NCBI GenBank assembly: GCA_965227515.1
Contig: CBDDFZ010000001.1
Coordinates: forward strand, 3,584,001-3,648,000
From: Alphaproteobacteria bacterium
GTDB taxonomy: Bacteria; Pseudomonadota; Alphaproteobacteria; CALKHQ01
Direction: 5' to 3'
Length of the DNA stretch: 64,000 bases
The notes below the pieces were generated by a model. That model was not told the origin of the DNA and searched no databases. It saw nothing but the letters and a program-made list of their open reading frames with translations. Positions 39,805 to 47,536 of this stretch are shown here, piece after piece; position 1 is the stretch's first letter; each line of letters starts with the position of its first letter. A program made the translations under genes and the position numbers.

Positions 39805-40061
39805 GCTTCCGGATAGATTTCGATGGCTTCCATCTCGGCCAGCCCGGCGCCGGACACGGTAGCATCGTCGGCCAGCGGCGCGTCGGCGCCCTGCACCTTC
39901 ACTTTCAGCCTGGTGCCATCCGGGAACGGCGCCACCAGCACGCTGGCCACCTGATCCAGCGCCTTCTCAACCACGGTCGTCATGGGGTCGCCATCGTCGA
40001 CCACCAGCACCTTGTAGCCGTAGTCGCCGTGCAGGTAGCAGGCGAGCGGGAAGTCTGCCAT
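39801..40061 (-). CDS. Monooxygenase gamma subunit (TmoB-like)
   Basis: MADFPL...GDY..KVLVVD..D.M; 86 aa; position between alpha and Rieske genes. Confidence 0.8.
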   Translation of the reverse strand: MADFPLACYLHGDYGYKVLVVDDGDPMTTVVEKALDQVASVLVAPFPDGTRLKVKVQGADAPLADDATVSGAGLAEMEAIEIYPEA

Positions 40062-40072
40062 GACGCCGTCCG

Positions 40073-41572
40073 TCACTCTGCGGCCTGGGCCGGCGGCTGG
40101 TGATAGCCGTCGATCCAGGCATAGTCGTAGCCGTCGACACCGCGCTCGGCCGGGCTCTGGCCCATGTATTCGTAGAAGGCGTCCTCGCCGGGCGGGATGG
40201 TGCCGTCGAACGCCCGGTCGATGATGCTGCGGTGGCCCTTGTAGCGGTTGGGCTCGACCTCGAAGATCCACTTGCAGACCGGCGAGCAGAAGTGATAGCG
40301 GCGCCCGTCCAGGTGAATGTGGTGGTCGGTCGCGTGCGCACCGGTCCCCGCGACGCCCGAGACCTCCAGCCCGCACATGTTGCAGATCAGCGGCGGCGCC
40401 ACCGGCACCGTCTTCTCATAGGCACCCTGGCGGATGTTCTCGATGATGACGTCCCAGCACTTGCCGTAGGTGTCGTTCCAGCCGGGATACTTCTCCTCCA
40501 GCCAGTCGCGCTCCTCCGGCGACACGCCGGCGATCGGCCGCCACCATTCGGTCGCGCGGTAGATGTAGACGCCGATCTGCTGGGCGTGGTGGAAGGTCTC
40601 GATATCCCACTGGAAGTAGTCCCAGTACCACGGCATATCGAGGCCCAGCGCATCCAGGCTGCGGCCGAACTGGCCGATGACCCACTCGTGCATGAACTCC
40701 TTCAGCGAGTTCTCCCGGTGCTCCAGCGGGGTGTAGTAGTCCATGCCGATGCCGCTCAGCGCGGAGAACTGCTTCCACATCCGCCAGAAGGCGATGTCGA
40801 CCAGTTGCTGCGCCTCTTTCTTGCGGCCGTTCTCCAGCATGATGCGCACCATCGGCTCGCCGATCTGGGCGTGGCGCGCCTCGTCGGACTGGATCGACTG
40901 CAGCATGGTCGCGAATGTGTGGTCGCCGAACTTGGCCGCGTCCGCCGACAGGGCGACGAACTGCAGGTTCGTGAACGCCTGCTCCAGGCCCATGTTCAAC
41001 ATGATGCCGGCACTCACCGCGTCGCGGGTGTGGGCGATGTCGTCCAGCGCGTGGCGCAGGCTGATGATGATCCAGTTCTCGGTCTTCGACGACTTGTGGC
41101 ACCAGTCGAACACGCGGTCGTGGCGCAGGAACTCATAGGCGAAGTAGATCTGGATCTGACCGTGGCGGATTTCGTCCAGCGTGCCGAAGGTCGCCATGTT
41201 GCGCAGGCCGGGCGCGCGGCCGAAGCGGGTCATCCGCCCGAACGCGGATGCGGAGTGGAACTCCGCCCAGCACACCGCGCTGAAGTGCAGCGCCAGCAAC
41301 GCCTTCCAGTGCGGAGACGCATTCTTGAAGAAGTTGGAGCGTGACAGCGCCGCCTTCACCGAATAGGCGCCGACGTCCTTCTCGCGCTGGGTCTTCACAT
41401 AGTCGCGGTACGAGACCTTGTAGGGCTCGTCGAACTTCTCCCACTCCTCGACCGGGATGCCGAAAGAGTTCGCCATCGGCGCCGGATACAGCTCGTCCTC
41501 GGTGACGTATTTCGGTGTCCAGTTGGTCTCGCGCGCCAGATCGTACCATTCGCTCATCGGCAGCATGGCCAT
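40073..41572 (-). CDS. Soluble di-iron monooxygenase hydroxylase alpha subunit (TmoA/IsoA-like)
   Basis: WYDLARETNWTPKYV, RNMATFG..DEIRH, EQAFTN, QSDEARH, WLEEKYPGW, C-terminal FCS..C.WIF; GGAGG RBS. Confidence 0.95.
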   Translation of the reverse strand: MAMLPMSEWYDLARETNWTPKYVTEDELYPAPMANSFGIPVEEWEKFDEPYKVSYRDYVKTQREKDVGAYSVKAALSRSNFFKNASPHWKALLALHFSAVCWAEFHSASAFGRMTRFGRAPGLRNMATFGTLDEIRHGQIQIYFAYEFLRHDRVFDWCHKSSKTENWIIISLRHALDDIAHTRDAVSAGIMLNMGLEQAFTNLQFVALSADAAKFGDHTFATMLQSIQSDEARHAQIGEPMVRIMLENGRKKEAQQLVDIAFWRMWKQFSALSGIGMDYYTPLEHRENSLKEFMHEWVIGQFGRSLDALGLDMPWYWDYFQWDIETFHHAQQIGVYIYRATEWWRPIAGVSPEERDWLEEKYPGWNDTYGKCWDVIIENIRQGAYEKTVPVAPPLICNMCGLEVSGVAGTGAHATDHHIHLDGRRYHFCSPVCKWIFEVEPNRYKGHRSIIDRAFDGTIPPGEDAFYEYMGQSPAERGVDGYDYAWIDGYHQPPAQAAE

Positions 41573-41601
41573 GGCCCCATCTCCTCCACTGGCAGTGCGG
41601 T

Positions 41602-41868
41602 CCACGAATTTCGTGGCGAACCTGGCCAGTGAAGCACGAATTCCTCCGCACTGCCAAGCGCGCTTGTGAGAAATTCGCGATATTGCCCAAAAATGCCGCA
41701 CAATTCGTGGCTGGCGTGCAGGCCATGCCGCATTCGCAGGCAGTCAGGCGATCCGGCTTGTGCCAGTTCGAGGGTTGACAAGGACTTCATTGACGAAATT
41801 CGTGCGGATGAATACCGTGGGTACCGCAAACGCTCAGCAGTTCAGCTAGTTTGCATCGAAATTCGTGA
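41602..41868. promoter_or_regulatory. Phased array of putative Lrp/AsnC operator sites (CACGAA-W-TTCGTG) in the divergent promoter region
   Basis: Sites centred at 41609 (perfect palindrome), 41641, 41673, 41703, 41798, 41861; half-site at 41766; spacing ~31-32 bp or multiples. Confidence 0.72.
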
Positions 41869-41923
41869 CCGCGCCGGCCTTCGCGCTGGACATGGTCCGC
41901 GGCCGCGGACGTTGGGGAACGCG

Positions 41924-42685
41924 ATGGCAGCCACAAACGGCAGGTCGGGGGGCACGAAGGCGAACGGCGCCAAGGCCGGGGGTGCGAAGACGGGCGGCGC
42001 GAAAACGCGCGGCCGCTCCAAGCCTTCCGGAAAGTCGGCCGGAAAATCCGCTGCCAAGTCTTCCGCGAAATCCAGGCGAGCCGAGAGCGGCGCCGTCGAT
42101 GCCCGCCTCGTCATGGGCGCGCGCAGCCTGCTCTCCAGCAACGGTGACGAAAACGTCGAAGATGCGTTCGGCCACCGCCCGCCGCCCATCGAGGGCCTGA
42201 ACCGCAGCATCGTCGAAATCCTGCAGGAGGACGGCCGCGCCTCGCTGTCGTCGATCGCGGAAGTGCTGGGCGTTTCCGAGGCCACCGTGCGTAGCCGCGT
42301 GTCGCGCATGCGCAAGGCCAACCTGATCAACTTCATCGCCGTCATCAACCCGCTGGCCCTGGGCTTCACCGCATGGGCGATGCTGGGCATCCGGGTCGCC
42401 CAAGGGGCCAGCGCCGACGATGTGGCGCGCTACTTCAGCGACTGCCCGGAGGTGGTCTACGTCATGCGGGTTGCCGCCCGCTTCGACCTGTTGGCCGAGA
42501 TCGTCTGCGAGACGCCCGACGACCTGCGCGACTTCCTGGATCGCCATTGTTATGGCGCACCCGACGTGGCGTCGGTCGAGCCGATGATCGGGCTCGGTCT
42601 CTACAAGAGCCTGTTCAAGTGGGACCGGCCGATCGTTGCCGGCAATGGTTCCAATCACGGCGGCAACAGCAACGGCAGCAAATAG
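41924..42685 (+). CDS. Lrp/AsnC family transcriptional regulator with basic low-complexity N-terminal extension
   Basis: IVEILQEDGRASLSSIAEVLGVSEATVRSRV HTH; NPLALG, PEV, FDLLAEI. Confidence 0.88.
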   Translation: MAATNGRSGGTKANGAKAGGAKTGGAKTRGRSKPSGKSAGKSAAKSSAKSRRAESGAVDARLVMGARSLLSSNGDENVEDAFGHRPPPIEGLNRSIVEILQEDGRASLSSIAEVLGVSEATVRSRVSRMRKANLINFIAVINPLALGFTAWAMLGIRVAQGASADDVARYFSDCPEVVYVMRVAARFDLLAEIVCETPDDLRDFLDRHCYGAPDVASVEPMIGLGLYKSLFKWDRPIVAGNGSNHGGNSNGSK

Positions 42686-42756
42686 GGAGCCGGCCGATGG
42701 GGGGCGGGACATCGAAGCATGCAGGAACAGCGGCGCCGGCGGTCGCCGCACCACAT

Positions 42757-42773
42757 GCGGCAAAGCTCTTGCA
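42757..42773 (+). promoter_or_regulatory. Possible sigma54 (-24/-12) promoter for the ABC transporter
   Basis: GCGGCAAAGCTCTTGCA: GG-N10-GC with TTGC, about 43 bp upstream of ATG 42816. Confidence 0.4.
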
Positions 42774-42815
42774 TGGGACCGCCCCATGGCTGGGCCGCGA
42801 GACGAGTGGTGACCG

Positions 42816-43715
42816 ATGAGCGTGCGCGACGACATCAGCGACACCGATACGCGCGACGTGGAAACGATGCACGAGCACGACGGCGGTGCAGCGTCCCCGG
42901 CGCCGGTGTTCAAGCCGCCGCGCGAGCGCTTCCTGGAGGTGCGCGGCACCGTCAGCCAGCACCAGACGTTGTGGCTCGGCCTGATCGGTGTTGTCGTGTT
43001 CTTCGCGATCTGGGAAATCGCGCACCAGTTGACGCCGGAGGGTGAGCAGAAGTTCCTGCCCGGCGCGATCCAGGTGGTGTCCAAGATCGGCGAGCTGATC
43101 GATGAGGAGGGCTTCCTCTACGACATCGCCAAGTCGGTCTACCGCATCTATGTCAGCTTCCTGGCCGCCTGCCTGCTGGCGGTGCCGCTGGGCCTGCTGA
43201 TGGGCAGCTTCGTGAAGATGCGGGCACTGATCAACCCGACCGTGGGCGGCCTGCGCTACCTGCCGGCCGCCTCGTTCGTGCCGCTGCTGCTGGTCTACCT
43301 CGGCCCCACCGACCTCTCCAAGATGGCACTGCTGTTCCTGGGCTGCGTGTTCTTCCTGATCGCGCTGATCCTGGACAACGTGCTGGCGGTGCCGAAGGAG
43401 TTTGCGGAATCCGCGCAGACCATGGGCGCCAGCCGCAGCCATATCGTCTGGCACGTCATCTTCAAGGCGTCGGCACCGCAGATCCTGGACTCCATGCGCA
43501 ACATGATCGCGGTGTCGTGGACCTATCTGGTCATCGCGGAGATCGTGGCGGCGACCGACGGGATTGGCGCGGTGATGATGCGCGCGTCACGCTTCCTGCA
43601 TGTCGACATCATCATGGCGGGGATTCTGACCATCGGCGTGCTCGGGGTGCTGACCGACATCTCGTTCCGGCTGATCAGCCGCGCCCTGTTCCCCTATGTC
43701 TACGCACGGCGCTGA
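42816..43715 (+). CDS. ABC transporter permease (NitT/TauT type)
   Basis: RYLPAASFVP, ESAQTMGAS, WTYLVIAE. Confidence 0.9.
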   Translation: MSVRDDISDTDTRDVETMHEHDGGAASPAPVFKPPRERFLEVRGTVSQHQTLWLGLIGVVVFFAIWEIAHQLTPEGEQKFLPGAIQVVSKIGELIDEEGFLYDIAKSVYRIYVSFLAACLLAVPLGLLMGSFVKMRALINPTVGGLRYLPAASFVPLLLVYLGPTDLSKMALLFLGCVFFLIALILDNVLAVPKEFAESAQTMGASRSHIVWHVIFKASAPQILDSMRNMIAVSWTYLVIAEIVAATDGIGAVMMRASRFLHVDIIMAGILTIGVLGVLTDISFRLISRALFPYVYARR

Positions 43716-43730
43716 GGCTGGAGGCGGGGG

Positions 43731-44564
43731 ATGAACATGCCAGTCGATCCAGCCAGCCGCGAGGCGGCGACCCAGACCGCGGCATCGCCGCCCATCCGTT
43801 GCCGCCGCGTCACCAAGGAGTACCTGGGCGGCAGCCGCGTCGCGCTGAACGACATCACCCTCGACATCCATGAGAACCAGGTGACCGCCCTGATCGGCCC
43901 GTCCGGCTGCGGCAAGACCACCCTGCTCCGCCTGATCGCCGGCCTGGAATTCCCGACCCGCGGCGAGGTCCTGATGCACGACAAGCCGGTGCTGGGCCCC
44001 GGCCCGGAACGCGGCATGGTGTTCCAGGCCTACACCTCGTTCCCGTGGCTGACCGCGCGCAAGAACGTCGAGCACGGCATGAAGATCCAGAACCTGCCGC
44101 GGCCCGAGCGGATGAGCCGGGCGCAGCATTTCCTGGAGCTGGTTCACCTGGACGAGTTCGCCGAGGCCTATCCGGTGGAGATGTCGGGCGGCATGAAGCA
44201 GCGCGTCGCCATCGCGCGCACACTGGCGCAGAACCCGGACCTGCTGCTGCTGGACGAGCCGTTCGGCGCGCTGGACGCCCAGGTGACCTGGGAAATGGAA
44301 GAGATGGTCATCGAGATCATCGAGAACGAGAGCAAGACCGTCATCCTGGTCACCCACGACATCCAGGAAGCGATCTACCTGGCCGACCGCATCATCTTCT
44401 TCACGCGGCAGCCGGGCCGGATCAAGGCCGACCTGTCGATGGAGTTCAAGGAGGGACGGCGTTTCGCCAAGAAGGAGGAGCTGCTGGTCCATCCCGGATA
44501 CCCGGAGATGGAGAAGCTGCTCTACACGATGATGCGCGAAGAGATTCAGGGGCGCATCTCGTGA
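43731..44564 (+). CDS. ABC transporter ATP-binding protein
   Basis: GPSGCGKTT, MSGGMKQR, LLLDEPF. Confidence 0.95.
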   Translation: MNMPVDPASREAATQTAASPPIRCRRVTKEYLGGSRVALNDITLDIHENQVTALIGPSGCGKTTLLRLIAGLEFPTRGEVLMHDKPVLGPGPERGMVFQAYTSFPWLTARKNVEHGMKIQNLPRPERMSRAQHFLELVHLDEFAEAYPVEMSGGMKQRVAIARTLAQNPDLLLLDEPFGALDAQVTWEMEEMVIEIIENESKTVILVTHDIQEAIYLADRIIFFTRQPGRIKADLSMEFKEGRRFAKKEELLVHPGYPEMEKLLYTMMREEIQGRIS

Positions 44565-44641
44565 GCCGGCGGCCAGGCAGGCGGCCGGGCCGGACAACCA
44601 GTGGGCCGATGGGGGTCCACGCAACCTCGGGGAGATCGGGT

Positions 44642-45691
44642 ATGAGGGACCACATCATGCGCGTTTGCAGGCCAGCCGCGCTGGCACTGGGCATTGTCGC
44701 GTTGGGGGGCGCGGCGGCCTCGACGGCAAGTGCACAGGAAACGGTGCGTATCGGCCACTTCAGCTGGCCCGGCTACGGCTTCTTCTACGTGGCTCAGGAA
44801 CAGGGCTTGGCGCCCGACCTGGAGTTCGAGTTCACGGTGATCGAAGACCCGGTGCAGCTGTTCAGCCTGCTGGCGACCGATCAGCTCGACGTCGTGCTCA
44901 GCACCATCGAGTTCGGGCCGATCGCCGCCGCCGAGGACATGGCGCTGAAGCTGGTCTCGCTGACCAATCTCGGCTACGGCTCCGACCACATCATCGTCCA
45001 CCCCGACATCGAGAGCCCGGAAGACCTGCGCGGCCAGCAGGTGGCGGTACTGGAGGGCGGCCTGTCGCAGATCTACATGGCGATCTGGCTCGAGCAGCAG
45101 GGCATCGCCTGGGACGAGGTCGAGATGGTCAACCTGATCGCCGGTGACGCCGCCGCCGCGATGATCAGCGGCCAGGTGGCCGCCGCCGAGCTGTGGGACC
45201 CGTTCGGCGCCCAGGTGCTGGCGGAACTGGAAGGCTCCCGCGAGCTCAGCCACTCGCGCGAACCGCAGTGGCTTGAGTCGGCGCTGATCGCCGATGCGCT
45301 GTTCATGTCGGACACGTTCCTGACCGAGAACCGCGACACCGCCACCAAGACCGTGCAGGCGCTGTTCGCCGGCGTCGAGTGGTGGCGCGCCAACGCGACC
45401 GAGGCGAACGATATCATCGCCGAGGCGGTCGGCTTCAGCGTCGACGACGTGCAGGCCATCCTGGGCGGCGAGAACAACCCCGAGGACGGGACCCTCTATA
45501 TGTACTCGCTGGAAGAGGCGGCCCAGTTCTGCGGCGTGGCCGATGGCGAGCCGCCGTTCGGCCAGACCAACGGCCAGATGGCCGATCACTGGGCGCTGAC
45601 CAACACCTGGTGGATCAACTTCGGGCTGATGGACGAGACGGTCGCGCCCGAAGCCGGGCTCGATTGCGCCCTCCTGGGCGAGGCGATGTAG
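44642..45691 (+). CDS. ABC substrate-binding protein (NitT/TauT/SsuA-like)
   Basis: Signal peptide ending ASAQ; SWPGY, GSDHII, WDPF. Confidence 0.87.
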   Translation: MRDHIMRVCRPAALALGIVALGGAAASTASAQETVRIGHFSWPGYGFFYVAQEQGLAPDLEFEFTVIEDPVQLFSLLATDQLDVVLSTIEFGPIAAAEDMALKLVSLTNLGYGSDHIIVHPDIESPEDLRGQQVAVLEGGLSQIYMAIWLEQQGIAWDEVEMVNLIAGDAAAAMISGQVAAAELWDPFGAQVLAELEGSRELSHSREPQWLESALIADALFMSDTFLTENRDTATKTVQALFAGVEWWRANATEANDIIAEAVGFSVDDVQAILGGENNPEDGTLYMYSLEEAAQFCGVADGEPPFGQTNGQMADHWALTNTWWINFGLMDETVAPEAGLDCALLGEAM

Positions 45692-45718
45692 CCCCGGTCA
45701 GATACAATCAACGCACGG

Positions 45719-45746
45719 CGATGGCGGCCCCAGTGGCCGCCATTGT
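45719..45746. terminator. Hairpin between convergent genes
   Basis: cgatggcggcc-ccagt-ggccgccattg. Confidence 0.5.
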
Positions 45747-45790
45747 CGTTTGTGGCGCTCCGACGAAGTGCAGTTACCGCTGCCCCAACT

Positions 45791-47536
45791 CTAGCCCCCG
45801 GTGCCGACGCTGACTCCGTAGACCTCAAGCGCGCGCTCGGCGCTGATCCAGCCCTCGGCCACGTCATGGCGCACCTTCTCAGGGTCGCGTGCCTTCGGGT
45901 CCTCGTAGCCGCCGCCGCCGCAGGAGATCGAGACCATCATCTCGCCCGGCTCAAGCTTGACCTCGGCGCAACCCGGCTGCGGGTCCAGCGACCCGTCGCG
46001 GCGGCGCACGTACTGGGCCGACGGGCCACCGGTGAGGCCGCCGCGCGCGCCCTGCGCCGGGTTGACGTTGCCGTCGCTGACGTAAGCGACGGTCATGGTG
46101 CCCTCGGTCGGGCCGAACACCGAGTAGGCGCTCAACGCGCCGCGTGTCCGCCCGGCGCCCTCGGTATCGGGCAGCAGCTTGCGGGCCTCGACGTGGATCG
46201 GGTGGCGCATCTCGTCGAGCTCGATGCTGTCCTGGTAGCACATGCCGGCATTGCCGACATGGACGATGGAGAGCCAGCCGTCGGTGGTGGGCGCAGCGGC
46301 CCCACCGGTAATGCCGACGTAGATCTCGTTGACGTAGTCGTGGCCGGTGCGCGGATCGCGGCCGGAGATCACACCGCACGAGGGAGGAATGCAGCTTCCG
46401 GTCTCCGCCATGCCGATGCCGTCTCTGAGGTCGGCAATGGCGCGCTGCACCGGGTTGGCGACATGGTCGGCGACGTTGGTGGTGGCAACCGAGCAGCTCG
46501 TCGGGTGACGGGGCACGCCGACGATGCAGTTCTCGCGCAGCTTCACCTTCACCCGGCGGAAGCTGCCGGCGTTCTTCGGCACCGTGTGGTCGATGGAGTT
46601 GAAGATGCCGACCAGCGGCGCTGAGAGCGCACACCCCTCCGACAGATTGAGGCCGTTCGGCATGCAATCCGGATTATCGGTCATGTCGACCTCGATCCGC
46701 GCCGCCTCGGCGTCGACCGTCACGTCGACCTTGATGGTGATGCCGTCCTCCGGCGAGCCGGGGAACGGGTCATGGGTACTGGTCGTGACCACCCGTCCGC
46801 TGGGGATGGCGCGGATCGCCTGGACCATGCGCTCCTCTGAATAGTCGAACCAGTCCTCGGCAAAGGCGGCCAGCGTGTCCCAGCCAACCTCGCGGCCCAG
46901 CGCCAGCATCTCCCGCTCGCCGATCCGTGCCGCGCCCAGTGTCGCCAGATAGTCGCCCCACCACTGGTGCGGCACCCGAATACGCTGCTGGCACATGCGG
47001 ACGAGGTCCATGTTGTGCTGGTAGTCGGACTGGATCTTTACCGCCGGGAAGATCAGCGCGCCCTCGGCATAGACGTCCTGCGCAGCCCCCATATAGGTGG
47101 TCGGCAGCGCGTTGCCGCAGTCGGCCTGGTGCGCCTTGGCCAGCACGGTGAAGCGATGCACGCCGTCGTCGTCGATCACCGGGATCAGGATCGAATGGTC
47201 AGCCGGGTGGGTACAGCCGTGATAGGGCGAGTTGTGCAGATAGGCGTCGCCGCGCGCCAACACCGGATGGTTGTCGGTCATGGTGCGGGCCATGATGTCC
47301 GGCCCGTAGAGCACATGGATCGGCAGGCTCTCGGCAACCGTCAACAGGCGGTGGTCGGCGGTCAGGATGACGCACGAGAAGTCGCGCGCGATGGTCAGGA
47401 TGCCGGAGCGCCCGGTGCGCAGCAGCGTGTTCGACATCTTGCGCGCGATGCCTTCCAGCCGCGCGTTCAGCACGGCCAACCGCACGCCATCGGCGCCCGC
47501 GCCCGCGTTCGTTTTGGCCTTTGCCATCTCGTTCAT
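45791..47536 (-). CDS. Hydantoinase B/oxoprolinase family protein (N-methylhydantoinase B-like)
   Basis: ARDFSC, HNSPYHGCTHPAD, KAHQADCG, YAEGA, GGGGY. Confidence 0.9.
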   Translation of the reverse strand: MNEMAKAKTNAGAGADGVRLAVLNARLEGIARKMSNTLLRTGRSGILTIARDFSCVILTADHRLLTVAESLPIHVLYGPDIMARTMTDNHPVLARGDAYLHNSPYHGCTHPADHSILIPVIDDDGVHRFTVLAKAHQADCGNALPTTYMGAAQDVYAEGALIFPAVKIQSDYQHNMDLVRMCQQRIRVPHQWWGDYLATLGAARIGEREMLALGREVGWDTLAAFAEDWFDYSEERMVQAIRAIPSGRVVTTSTHDPFPGSPEDGITIKVDVTVDAEAARIEVDMTDNPDCMPNGLNLSEGCALSAPLVGIFNSIDHTVPKNAGSFRRVKVKLRENCIVGVPRHPTSCSVATTNVADHVANPVQRAIADLRDGIGMAETGSCIPPSCGVISGRDPRTGHDYVNEIYVGITGGAAAPTTDGWLSIVHVGNAGMCYQDSIELDEMRHPIHVEARKLLPDTEGAGRTRGALSAYSVFGPTEGTMTVAYVSDGNVNPAQGARGGLTGGPSAQYVRRRDGSLDPQPGCAEVKLEPGEMMVSISCGGGGYEDPKARDPEKVRHDVAEGWISAERALEVYGVSVGTGG

